Origin: Octopus sinensis
Taxonomy: Eukaryota
DNA length: 64,000 nucleotides
Direction of reading: 5' to 3'
NCBI RefSeq assembly: GCF_006345805.1
Contig: NC_043006.1
Span: 59,582,001-59,646,000, forward strand
Shown here: piece after piece, positions 24,753-37,510 of the stretch
How the letters are laid out: every line of letters begins with the position of its first letter
How positions within the stretch are numbered: position 1 is the stretch's first letter
Program-made: the position numbers and the translations under genes
Notes under the pieces: generated by a model
The model's database searches: none
Told to the model about the DNA's origin: nothing
The model's input: the letters and a program-made list of their open reading frames with translations, nothing else

Positions 24753-25456
24753 ATTTTGTTTTTGTTCTTTATATATATATATCTATATATATATTTTCTT
24801 TTTTTTTTTTTCATTTCTTTTGGCAGAAACGAAGATGTGGATACGGAAGCACAAACGTTGCATCGATTTCTTTGACTGATACCATTCCATGTGCCTTCTA
24901 TCTGACTGACATTGCAACATGCAAGTGTGGAGAACGAGAATATTTTCAAAAGAGGTAGCAGACAGCTGTAATCACACCAATGAACTGCAATTCCTCCAAA
25001 TAGCCTGGAAACGAAAGGAAAATACGAACGAGGAATATTTCCAGAAAGAAATGAGGCTGCGATCGGTCCTATAACATTCCTCCTCTACATTAAAAGAAAA
25101 CGGAGAAAAGAGTATATTCAGGAAGCTGCCATAAATATGGTGCTATGAACTATATTTTTCTGGGTGTTTATTGTTGTTGTTTTTTTTACAAGTACAGCAT
25201 TTCCCTCAGCTGCTGAACACGTTGTACAGTAACATTCTTCCATCTTTTCACCAACTTGCCTCAATCAAGGTCAGTTTCATCATTACCCCCATCCACTACC
25301 TGCCCAGTGAATAAATTTGAATTTTTATTGAAAACTGCTGCCATTCCTCGATTCTTCAGTGACATTTCAGCTGGGCTATGCTATGATTCTCATTTCCTTT
25401 GTTCATTTTTTTAATTATTCATATTGATCAGCTGTGCTATAGTTACCTTCCCTAAA

Positions 25457-27397
25457 ATGTTCATTTGCAAAATGAATAACCGATGTACTAAGAGGATCGG
25501 TATCTCCCTTATCCTACTGATTGTAATTTATTCAGCATATTCGGTATTGAAATTCCCTGACCCTCAATTTATGAAGAGCGATATTGACGTTAAATGTCAC
25601 TTACCAAACATTGACCCTTACGATAAAGCTATTATTAATTATGTATTCCACCCAGAACCGTTGCATTGCTCTCTCAAAGCCGACTTAACCTTCTTTAATA
25701 AGAAGGGTTTACTACAACTTAATGAAACGGCTGCCAAAGAATCTGGTTTCTCTATAGCAACATTAAACTGTAGTTACCAGGGTGTGTATCGAACTCACAA
25801 AGACGATGATCATGTGGATTTCAAGAAACCAGTTTGGATTCAATTACCTGCTGATGTACCTGAAGATTTTTTCCTTATCATCTGCCAAGACATTAACCGG
25901 CGCTCATTTACCCATCTTCATGCTCATGTTTCGCAGAAAACCTTTCAGAAAATGAAACTACCCTCTCACTGTCCCCAAGCACCATACAATGTTTTAATTT
26001 TTGGGATTGATTCTCTTTCAAGATTAAATGCATTAAGGAAACTTCCCAAAACATATAAATATTTAACTGAAACTCTGGGAGGCTTTGCCTTTAAAGGCTA
26101 CACTAAAGTCGGTGAAAATACATTCCCAAACTTGATACCATTACTGACAGGGAAATACACATACGAACTTCATAAAACCCCAGTGGGAAGCAATTTTTTT
26201 GACGGCTACCCATTGTTGTGGAAGAATTTTTCAAAATGCCAGTATGCTACAATGTTTTCGGAGGATGCACCCATCATTTCTTTATTCAATTACCTCGATA
26301 AGGGATTTCTTAAACAACCAACTGACCACTACATGCGGCCATTTTGGTTATCTTTTGAGTCTGTTCATCCAGTAAAAACCATGTTGGGTCCTGTGTGGCT
26401 TGCTTTGGAAAATAAAAGAGTCCGTCTGGGAAAAGTTTCAAACTTATGCCATGGTGGTAGTCCAAAACATATGTTAATAGTAAATTATTTCCTCAGTTTC
26501 ATTCGCCGTTACTATCACCAAATGCCTCTCTTTGGACTTTCCTGGATCACGGAAATCAGTCATGATTATTTAAACATGATTGAAGTAGCAGACAATGACT
26601 TCTTTGAGTTTTTTAAAGTTCTCAATTCCGAAGGCTTTTTAAATAATAGTTTTCTTTTCTTCATGAGCGATCATGGACATAGATTTGACTGGTTTCGGCG
26701 AACACTTATTGGACGCATTGAAGATAAAATGCCATTATTTATTCTGAAAGTACCAGAAAAATTTAAACGCAAACATCCAAAAATTGTAAGTAATCTTCAA
26801 CAAAACAGTGAATACTTAACGTCACCTTTTGACACGCATGAAACACTTAAAGATATTTTGTATGGTACTTTTAAATCCCATCCAAAGACATCTAGAAGCA
26901 ACAATCAAATTTTCCAACCAATTAGTTTATTTGAAGCAATTTCAAACACAAGAACATGCGCGCAAGCAGGAATACCACAACAGTTTTGCGCATGCTACAA
27001 AACAACAGACATTGATCCCAAGGAAGCAATTGTTTCGGATCTTTCAAAATACATGTTAAAATCTGTCAATTCATTGACCGAAAAGTTTCGCAAAATATGT
27101 GCTAAATTTAATTTTCTTACTGTATTAAATGTACAAAAACAAAGTCCATCGGGATCACTAAAAATTAAAACGAATCCAAAACTATTAGGTTTTCAACTGA
27201 AGTATGAGGATCCACTTGGATTATATATTATTTCAATGAAAGTTACTCCCAGTGATGCTATTTTTGAAGCAATGGTCAACGTTCGTACTGTGAATTCTAT
27301 GGAGATACTTGGGGATATTTATCGGATTAACCGTTATGGTAATCAATCATTTTGCGTGAACGAAAGGAGCCTGAAACCTTATTGTTATTGTATTTGA
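25457..27397 (+). CDS. DUF229-family protein (alkaline phosphatase/sulfatase superfamily), predicted type II membrane protein, 646 aa from first ATG, single coding exon
   Basis: Uninterrupted ORF (track starts at TTG 25424; first ATG 25457, second 25472). N-terminal hydrophobic anchor IGISLILLIVIYSAYSVL. DUF229 motifs NVLIFGIDSLSR, GYTKVGENTFPNLIPLLTG, FFMSDHGHRF, EDKMPLF, LTSPFDTHETLKDIL, RTCAQAGIPQQFCAC and C-terminal YCYC. Sequons NET, NCS, NFS, NNS, NQS. Confidence 0.92.
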   Translation: MFICKMNNRCTKRIGISLILLIVIYSAYSVLKFPDPQFMKSDIDVKCHLPNIDPYDKAIINYVFHPEPLHCSLKADLTFFNKKGLLQLNETAAKESGFSIATLNCSYQGVYRTHKDDDHVDFKKPVWIQLPADVPEDFFLIICQDINRRSFTHLHAHVSQKTFQKMKLPSHCPQAPYNVLIFGIDSLSRLNALRKLPKTYKYLTETLGGFAFKGYTKVGENTFPNLIPLLTGKYTYELHKTPVGSNFFDGYPLLWKNFSKCQYATMFSEDAPIISLFNYLDKGFLKQPTDHYMRPFWLSFESVHPVKTMLGPVWLALENKRVRLGKVSNLCHGGSPKHMLIVNYFLSFIRRYYHQMPLFGLSWITEISHDYLNMIEVADNDFFEFFKVLNSEGFLNNSFLFFMSDHGHRFDWFRRTLIGRIEDKMPLFILKVPEKFKRKHPKIVSNLQQNSEYLTSPFDTHETLKDILYGTFKSHPKTSRSNNQIFQPISLFEAISNTRTCAQAGIPQQFCACYKTTDIDPKEAIVSDLSKYMLKSVNSLTEKFRKICAKFNFLTVLNVQKQSPSGSLKIKTNPKLLGFQLKYEDPLGLYIISMKVTPSDAIFEAMVNVRTVNSMEILGDIYRINRYGNQSFCVNERSLKPYCYCI

Positions 27398-27842
27398 TAT
27401 TTTTTTATTAATAGATTGATACTTTTAATGTGTTTGGAAATTGATATAATTAATTCAGTCTCCCTCTTTCACTTTTTCTCTTTCTCTGTCACTGTCTCTT
27501 TTCCTAATGTTTAAAGTTTTGAAGAATTTAAAGAAAAAGACAAAAGTTTATTTCGAAATTGTTCAATCTTGAAACGCCTACTTCATCACCTCATCGCTCT
27601 CAGTTGTTCTAAATTTACACAGGGCTGTGATACATCCGTGGTGGAACTGAGGCTGTTTCCTGAGCTCGAACATAGACATTTTTGTGGTAAAGTAAACCAA
27701 CCGGTTGCAATAGATTGCTGGTAACTGGTCGCTGATTCATGGAAAAGCAATGATAGAGCGTTCGAAACGAAGCTGAAGTTAAGTCATGCTATATGTGTCG
27801 TTCTATTTATCAAACCTTTATTCAAAAGGCAAAGAGCAGCCC

Positions 27843-27874
<32 letters not shown>

Positions 27875-28049
27875 AAAAGGAGATGTGGAACACGAGTTGT
27901 GATATATAAAAAAAGGAAATGAAGAAAATGCTGACAAAATAATTTAAGTAAGGGAGAGTGTATTTAATTAGGTGAAAGTTCTTTTTAACGGTTGCGCATC
28001 TGATTGATTTTTTTCTCTTATAATGTCAGCATTTTCTTCATTTCCTTTT

Positions 28050-28088
<39 letters not shown>

Positions 28089-29904
28089 TATATATATCTA
28101 CCCTCTGTCTATACGACATGTATAGCATGACAACTTCTATGATGGTGGTATCCACCTTTATAACTAACTGTGTACTATGCAGTAACACAAAATATTTCTT
28201 TCAACATAGAAGTCGCTTCAAAATAAAGCTGTTGCGTGTTAGCTTTCACAAAGCAGGAAAAGTATGGTAGGAGAGAAATTTAGTTGAGTTCCAGTTTGCA
28301 GACAACATATTTCAGTAAGAACGATATGCTCTAAGAGTATATTCTTCTGAATTAATGGCTAAGAATATTAGATCGGATTCTAGTTTATCGTCAAGGTTAC
28401 AACAGATGTAATTATTTTCACCAACTGCATAAGGCCTAAACAAGTAGACTTGACACGAAATATCTAAAACCACTCAGGAGCAGGAGTGGAGGAATGTTTC
28501 GGATTTCTCTCCCTTGTTAATTTTGCTTTGAATGTTTGTTTACTGTTTGTTTGTTTGTCTTTTTTTTATTTAAATTTCAGCAATTGAAGAAATTGGTTCA
28601 ATTCTTTCTTTGCGCCATGATGTCTTTCTATTTTTGTACTCGAGGCGGAGTAGACGTAAAACAGAACAAGAGAATAATAGAACGAGCGTTCTGTTAGTTC
28701 TATTAGAAATCTCTCTCAAACATACATTTCACAATGAAGCCTCTCAATTGGAAAGAAGAAAAAAAAAAAAGGAGAAAGTAAATTTTTTATATGTCTCTAT
28801 TGCTCCACAAGCACCACCACCACCACCATCAATCAACAACCACCACCACCATTCTGAATCTGAAACGTGTCTGTCTGATTGATGTAACTGGTGAAGTATC
28901 AATCAGTGTCCTACTTACACAAACACCAATCAAAAGAGACAACAACAGCCAGTGATGTTGATAAAAAACCGACCACACATTGATGTCTTCACCATTTACA
29001 GTGATTCTCTTCCACTTTTCAAGTAAACGTACTATTTTAAACGTGCACAAATTTAGAGATTTTTTTTTCCCTCTATTTTTTATTCTTTCTATATTAATTA
29101 TTCTTCACCCGCCTCGTCTCCAACTTCACCCCAAACAGGAACGATAGCATCGTCGCTTACAACAACAACAACCACAACGACCACGACCACATATTGATAA
29201 CAACATCAACATCTACACGGATCCCTCATCTTTTCGTCCTTCATATTTTTTTTTACTTGTTATCCCCCTTCCCCCCTTCCTCCTCCCCCTCCTCATCCTC
29301 CTCCTCCTCCTCCTCCTTCTTCTTCTTCTTCGTCATCGTCTTCGTCTTCATTTCATTCGGTTTTTTTTTTACTTCTCCTTCTTCCCTCCTCTTTCATGTT
29401 CTCTTTCCTCGTTTTATTCGTTTTCTTTCCCCCGCCCCTCCCTCTTCCTCTTCTTCCTTTCCTCTTTCTTCTTTTCCCCCCATCCTAATACTACTACTAC
29501 TCTCACCATCAACTCCACCTCCACCTCCACCTCCCTCTGTTTTTCAGCCGTAATTCTCTCTCTCTCTCTCTTGATGACCCCCCACCCCCACCCCCATACA
29601 CATGCTGGCTTCTGGTATGCAGAGTTCGACTGGTAAGCAGATACTTGTGCGAGTTGTTTACAAAACAACACCATTTTATTCGTGTCCATTGTTCATTGTT
29701 CATATCAAACTCACACCCACGCGCGCGCGTGCGAGCACACACATAAGCCCTTATTTAAACAATTCACAGAAAACAAATAGGTGATAAAAAAAAAAAAACA
29801 GAACTGATGTAGCTAAGTATATTGGAGAGTAAATGGAGTCAGGGGTAGAACTTTGGTTACATTTTCACGAAGTATCACCGTAGGATATATATATACATAT
29901 ATAA

Positions 29905-29935
<31 letters not shown>

Positions 29936-30014
29936 TATTCAGTTCGTTATCTCTGAGAAGTGATATTTGCATGTGTGTATGTTTGCACATATATATATAT
30001 ATATGTGTATATAA

Positions 30015-30070
<56 letters not shown>

Positions 30071-30159
30071 GTATATATGTATATATATGTATATATATAT
30101 ATATATAATTATATATACATATGTGTATATATATATATATACATATATAAATATATATA

Positions 30160-30197
<38 letters not shown>

Positions 30198-31387
30198 ATA
30201 TATATGCATATATAATTATATATTCATATGTGTATATATATAATTACATATATATATATGCATATATAATTATATATACATATGTATATATATGTTTATA
30301 TAGGGGTATATATTTATGTAATATGAATGGTTGCGTAATTTATATGCATATGTAGATACACACACACAGACACATGAATACCCACGTATATATACATTTG
30401 TGTATTTCTTTATGTGTGTATGTGTGTGTTTATGCATTGAAGTAGTTATGCATGAACGAATCATAATAGCTGGCAAGGTCAGATATATATATGGCACGTA
30501 GAGTATTCATGCAACCTGTTCATATACATGCCACGGCACAATTGGGCCGGAACTAAACTTGGGATCTGTAACATCGAGAATAATTGGATTCAACATAACA
30601 CTTCATTGTTATATTACACATGGCCAGTTGCCTCTCGCTTGCCACTATGGTGATACTGTCGAAAATTCATTCCAGATAATATGGGCATAATGTCTCATTT
30701 TTATGAGATTAAAATTGTCGATTAAAATTCGGGCCAGTACTAATTTACCGATCCTAAATTGTTGCTTTCTGAGAGATTGAAAAAGAAAACGTTGCAGAGG
30801 TAGGTAAACATTTACATAGATCTACTTTAGGGTTCTGCTAATTTTGATAATGATGTATAAAAACTGATAATCACATTACAAAATCAAACATGTCCGTAAT
30901 GCAATTTGTTACTAATCATTCGCATCACCGATGAGTTAAATAAGCTTTTCAGAACAATTGTCTTTATTGTTATTCTTTAAATTGACACGAAAACATGCCA
31001 TGTCCAGTCAATCAATACTTCAGCTGAGTGTGTATGTGTGTGTGTGAGTGTTTGTGAGTATGTAAGTATATAATTCATCTATGTATATGTATATATATAT
31101 ATATATATATTTAATGTAGGATAAAAGTTTTTCGAAAAAAAATTTTTTTATCAATGCCCAGCATATTAAAAAATACCTTTAAAGGTTAAATTTATAAACA
31201 ACTTATAAATAAGGGCAAACGCTTTTTTTTTCGTTTGCCCTTATTTATAAGCTATATTATATATATATATATATATTATATATATATATATATACACACA
31301 ATTATGTATGTATATACTGTATATTTGTATAAGCGCAAGTGTGCGTGTGAATATGTGTGTACATGTGTATACATATGTGTCTGTGTG

Positions 31388-31442
<55 letters not shown>

Positions 31443-31699
31443 TAAATTAGAGATAAAACCACTATTATGCAAATCAAACAGAGAAAAACATAAGCCAAAA
31501 CATAAGAATAAAATTAATATAATTACTATATATATAATTATATTATTAAATACATAATATAATTATTATTATTATATATATATATATAATTATGTATGTA
31601 TATACATGTATATTTGTATAAGCGCAAGTGTGCGTGTGAATACGTGTGTACATGTGTATACATATGTGTCTCTGTGTGTGTATTATATTTCCTGTTACT

Positions 31700-32420
31700 T
31701 GTTTATTAGAATGAAGCCATGCTGAACCAACGATCTCAAGGCTACTGAACCCAGCAGGCATTTTACTGAGCTCCAGTTGTCGAATCCCACATAAGACACT
31801 GAAAGACAAATCATATATACAATACCATATTTTGATGGTAAAAGTGAAAAAACACACACACACACAAACTCAGACGCAACAGTAGTTAGTAAGCACTTCA
31901 TGAAAAATATATATTACAAGGTATTCAACCCAAACAATACAAAAATTAGCTACACCTGCAAAAAGTTGTCAAGCATACAAAAAAAAAATCAATAAACAAC
32001 GGCATAGCAAAGAACATGCAACATACAGCTTTAAACATGATGCTCGTACCAGAATAAGGACATACCCATTACATGGAAATTTCATACTTACAAGTAAAGT
32101 TTATATATCGACAGTATCACAAATTGAACAAACTGAAAGTCTTTAAGTGGGTGTCACTTGAACCCACTAAGATGGATACACGTTCGAGCACATTGCAGAA
32201 CTTATACAAAGGAGACGTCTTGTGTCTCAATACATCGGGGATGTAACAGAAAACATAGGAAATAATATACTGTGCACCGTCATTAATAAATGTTTCTAGA
32301 ATCTATCCTCAAAGAAACCACATAATCAAATAAAGCATATACTTTAAACGAATTGAATGAAATTGTTATAAGGTAGACACCAAATCAAATTTATCTTCAA
32401 AAGATAGCCCGGACTCCAAG
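31700..32420 (+). mobile_element. Penelope-like element, RT C-terminal linker to GIY-YIG, heavily degraded
   Basis: RQII..PYFDG, VSKHFMKNIYYKVFNPNNTKISYTC, YPLHGNF..SKVYISTV. Confidence 0.65.
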
Positions 32421-33134
32421 CAAGATCGGACACATAACAATACAGCTAAGTACGCACATACATACACACAAAGTCTTGACCACAAGTCATACACCCACAG
32501 AGCCAATCATGCACAGCTAAAAACCTCCAATTTAAAACTCAACATGGTCATCAATGAATTATACAATCAAAATTCTTTATATGTATGGGTATATATTCAT
32601 ATGCATTCATACATACTTTATGCTAATTTTCTAGCCTTAACCAGTCAACTATGAAATGTTTGTTCACACACGCATACACAAGACCAATTATACCGTAAAT
32701 TCATGGGCCAGCCGAAGTAATCGCAAAAAACACATTCAAGCAGTGATATCAGAGTCGCTCAGCCATGTGACATTTTTTGGCGATAGAACCATCCTGAACT
32801 GGTTTCACCATTAAACTCACTCACTAACTTACTAACACAATACTATAAATAAAACATGCTAAAACAAAAAGAATAGACTTCACTAGATTGACAAATAAAT
32901 TCAGAATAAGTAAGCAAATTGAAAACGCGTACCCTTATTAAAATATAAGCAATAAAAGACAGAAAACAGCTGCTCAGACATCGCAAAACGTCAACAAATG
33001 AACGAAACGCAAGTATTAGACCGCACACAACCCAACGAATATAAATTTTTCAACAGAAACTACTTGTAATAAATCTCGTCTGAAGACTGTAGTAGCGTAA
33101 AAGTCGAGTTTCAATAAATAATATATGTATATAG

Positions 33135-33480
33135 GTAAATGTCGTCTACTATAGCCTCGGGCTAACCAAAGCTCTGAGAGTGGATTTGGTAGATGGAAAC
33201 TGAAAGAAGCCGTCGTGTATATATATATATATATGCGTGTGTGTATGTATGTATATATATATATATATAATTGTATGTCTTTTGTTTGACCCACCACCAT
33301 CACTTGACAACCGATGTTGGTTTGTTTGCGCCTCCGTAACTTAGCAGTTCGGCAAAAGAGACCGATACAATAAGTAGCAGGCTTACAAAGAAGTCCTAGG
33401 GTCGATTTGTTCGACTAAACGCGGTGCTCCATCATGGCCGCAGTCAAATGACTGAAACAAACGATTAAAAGAGTATGAGT
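33135..33480 (+). mobile_element. SINE family C (5'-truncated)
   Basis: ctactatagcctcggg..ggaaactgaaagaagcc..ggccgcagtcaaatgactgaaac. Confidence 0.8.
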
Positions 33481-33620
33481 GCAGTTCAGCAATTAAATGC
33501 CAAATAAAATAAATACTTGACTTAAACAAGCAGAGGAATCGATGTTAAAACCTTGAAACCGGTGCCCATGCAGAAGCATTTGCCGCAGAACAATAACAAC
33601 TTAAACCAATGAAAGAATAT

Positions 33621-33664
<44 letters not shown>

Positions 33665-33743
33665 CATATCGAAGGGGAATGGAAATTAATAGAAATTTTC
33701 ACTTCCAATGGCCTAGCGTGTAAAAATTAGCCCAAAGACTATG

Positions 33744-34055
33744 TATTACTCATAAAATACAGTGTACATTTAAACACATAAGAGGAATTCACTCATGGGA
33801 TTCATCACGCTAGAAAGAACAGCTAGATTCCAAAACCACAAAATTAGGGATAAAATCACGAAAGGAACAAAATCAAAAACTAAAAAATAATGAAAACTAG
33901 GAAACTAGATGGTAAAAGTTCTTATTTTTTTCATTTCGCTCCTTTCGGGATTTTATCCCTAATTTTGTGGTTTTGAAACGTAGCTATTCTTTCTAGCGTC
34001 ATGAATCCCCTGAGTGGATTCCTTATGTGTTTAAACGTACACTGTATTTTATGAG

Positions 34056-34060
<5 letters not shown>
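33744..34060. repeat. Foldback element, ~122-bp inverted arms
   Basis: 33744-33866 versus 33940-34060, about 90% complementary by eye. Confidence 0.9.
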
Positions 34061-34107
<47 letters not shown>

Positions 34108-34864
34108 CGTCGTAAATATACATATATATATATATATATATATGCAGATATATGTATATATAGATATATCTATACATATGTGAGTGTGTGTGTGTTGTAA
34201 GCTTGAGCATTAAGAGAACTTGATATATAAACTAACTATATTTACGTCAACTATCGTTACGATATTTTCAAATAAACTGATATCTTTATTTGTAATTCAA
34301 CAACTCTGACTACATTTTGCTTTTTTGGGGGGTTTTTTTCTTTCTTTTCAAAAAGAGTTAACTTTTTTTTTTTTTTGAAACATGGCAAACTGCTTTCCAT
34401 GACTTACCGTTTTTCTTTTATATTCTTTTTTTTTTTTTCTCCGTGCTTAATTTGCTCTTTCGGTGTAGCTAATTCTGTGCAACAGTGTGTCCTTTGTTTA
34501 AGCAATATTTTGATTTCATTCCGTTTGTCTTTACGTTTTGGGTTCATATCCCGCTGAGGTCGACTTTGCCTTTCATCCTTTCAGGGTGGATAAATTAAGT
34601 ACCAGTTGCGTACTGGGGGTCGATCTTATCGACTGGCTTTCTGCCTGGAGTAGAAATTTATTTTATGTTCAACGGCGCGCACACAGCACTCACAACATGG
34701 AGGTTGCGGTTTTTTGTGGATTGTTTTCCCGGCTGATGTAAATAAATTACTTTATATCTCACGTTGCGTTATACTTATTTTTCCAACTGTTGCAACTGAA
34801 GACACACACACGTACTCACACACACGCACGCATACTCACACGCACATTCACACACACTAACACG

Positions 34865-34896
<32 letters not shown>

Positions 34897-34907
34897 CATA
34901 TATATAT

Positions 34908-35073
34908 ACGACGGGCTTCTTTCAGTTTCCGTCTACCAAATCCACTCATAAGGCTTTGGTCGGCCCGAGGCTATAGTAGAAGACATTTTCCCAAGGTGCC
35001 ACGCAATGGGACTGAACCCGGAACCATGTGACTGATAAGCAAGCTACTTACCACACAGCGCTACTCCTACGCC
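34908..35073 (-). mobile_element. SINE family C, 5' half
   Basis: Reverse complement of the head/CORE-like region of 52071-52230. Confidence 0.8.
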
Positions 35074-35077
35074 TATA

Positions 35078-35131
<54 letters not shown>

Positions 35132-35460
35132 CATACATACATATATATATATATAATATATATGGGCAAAGTAGTACAAATGGAACTAGGAGAATGAGAT
35201 GACTATTAAACAACGTGGAAGGTTACAACAATAATATCTGATATTGGCGAAATTTGGCTGCTACATCTAGCAAGTCGTATATATATGTAAAGTCGCATAA
35301 ATGTCCGTAGAAGGTATTAACAAAGCAACTTTCAGGAACCATTGTGGTTTATTGACGTAGAAGGTTGTAGATTTTTCTCATTTCGAAGTTCGATAAACTG
35401 GAAACAGCTATTTTCTAGTTCACGGTTACCAACATGGGATGCTGTGTATGCGAATAAAAA

Positions 35461-35496
35461 TTCGAATTTAGGGAATGGAGTAGATAAAATTCTAGG

Positions 35497-35580
<84 letters not shown>

Positions 35581-35911
35581 TCCTAGCTGGAAGAACCTCG
35601 GAAGTAGTAATTACCCTAACGAGGGGTACTCTGCTAGCTAATTATCAGGCCGATGGGTCAAATGGAGGGTAATTTCTCGTCAAAGGATTCCGTGTTAACT
35701 CACAGGAGATTTGATCGCTTTCCGCGCATTTTCGATCAAATCTCCAGCGAGTTAACAAGGGATCCCTTGACGACAATGTGACTAAGGTATCTTTCGCCTG
35801 ATGAGTAGCTAGCGGAGTACCTCTCATTTGGGTAATTACTACTTCCGAGATTCTGCTAGCTAGGAAAGATAGGTAGCCTTGATGTTACTACTCCAATCCC
35901 TAAATTTGAAT
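35461..35911. repeat. Large degraded palindrome interrupted by (AT)n
   Basis: Perfect blocks ctcggaagtagtaattaccc/gggtaattactacttccgag (20 bp) and ggagatttgatcg/cgatcaaatctcc (13 bp, 15-nt loop). The outer arms 35461-35498 and 35875-35911 also pair. Confidence 0.85.
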
Positions 35912-35926
35912 ATATATGTGTCGTGC

Positions 35927-35989
<63 letters not shown>

Positions 35990-36750
35990 CACACATTTGA
36001 ACATCTATATTATATGTTTATATGTACACTAGCATCTAAGCCCGGCCGGTTTGGATGATGTAGCTGTAAAACCTGCTCTGTGTAAGCATTCGACTTGTGT
36101 GGGCACGCTTACGTTAAAAAACAATTTTAGAATGACTTTCATTTCTCAAAACGCTAAAAATAACTAACGAACAAAAACAAAAAAAAAACAACCAAGATTC
36201 AACCAAATCAAAAAATAAACAAATACTAAGCGAACAAAGATTAACCATTCCACTTCCATTGCACGCGCACACGCACATGCATACACACACGCGCACACAT
36301 ACACACATTCACATACTCCCTTTCACATACACACATATATATTCACACAGAATTGAAACAATGATTTTTTTTCAGCGTACACTACCAAGTATGACCATCA
36401 CCCCTTCCTTCCTTATTCATCTATCACGTCTTCCTTTCTCATTCATAAACACATGAGAATTATTATAGTAGGTTATCTCGGTAACCATAGGAGCTATGAA
36501 AAAAATACAAAGCCCAGCATCACCACCGGATCATTCTACACATCTGTGTAATTTTTCGCGCAATTCCACCCAGCCGTTTGACCGTGAATCCCAAGACATG
36601 AAGGAATCGCCCATGTCAAATTTATATGTATAGATACACACACACGAACATATAGATTATCAACCATCTGTGCAACAACAAAGAGTGTGTCATTTCGTTT
36701 CGGGATTTAGCTTGCAAGATTCTTTATCTGAGTTCGTGTGTTGAAGCATA

Positions 36751-36939
36751 TTCTGTTGTGTCTGGGGAGAGTCATTCTCTTTTAGTGCCTTATTATTTAA
36801 CACACTCACCGGTAAAATTTCCACTTATTTCTTATTTTTATTTTCTAAAATTTTCGTTGCGTCTTGCAACCTTTTCAACAGTGAGTGTGTTAAATAATAA
36901 GGCACTAAAAGAGAATGACTCTCCCCAGACACAACAGAA
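36751..36939. repeat. Perfect 59-bp inverted repeat with 71-nt spacer (palindromic MITE-like)
   Basis: 36751-36809 is the exact reverse complement of 36881-36939. Confidence 0.95.
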
Positions 36940-37067
36940 AGAGAGTGTCGTTTAAATAGAAGAATATACATTATAGAAACATTGCATTCTCACATACAAT
37001 CTATGGAGTTTTCCGGTAAGCCAGGAGTATTAATTATCAAATATTTTCATGGTCAATTGTTTTATAG

Positions 37068-37231
37068 GCACAGAAGTGGTTGTGTGGTAAGAAGCCTGCT
37101 TCTCAACTACGTGGTTCCGGGTTCAGTCCCACTGTGTGGCACCTTGGGCAAGTGTCTTCTACTTTATCCTCGGGCTGACCAAAGCCTTGTTAGTTAGTGG
37201 ATTTTGATACACGCAAACTGAAAGAAGCCCG

Positions 37232-37280
<49 letters not shown>

Positions 37281-37510
37281 CACATACATATATGTTATAT
37301 ATATTTGTGTGTCTGTGTTTGTCCTCCCCCCCCACTATCACTTGACAACCGATGTTGGTGTGTTTACGTCCCCGTAACTTTGCGGCTCGGCAAAAGAGGC
37401 CGATAGAATAAGTACTAAGGTTATAAAAAATAAGTCCTGGGGCTGATCCGTTCGACTAAAGGCGGTGCTTCAGAATAGCCGCAGTCAAATGGCTGAAAAC
37501 AAGTAGAAGA
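37068..37510 (+). mobile_element. SINE family C, near full length
   Basis: Head ggttgtgtggtaagaag..ggttcagtccc, then accttgggcaagtgtcttct, internal (AT)n and the 3' gccgcagtcaaatggctgaa. Confidence 0.85.

Noticed and set aside
36430-36635. Helentron/DINE-1-like remnant (ccagccgtttgaccgtg..tatatgtatagat)
   Set aside because: Resemblance is from recall only; termini could not be defined and there is no second copy in the window.
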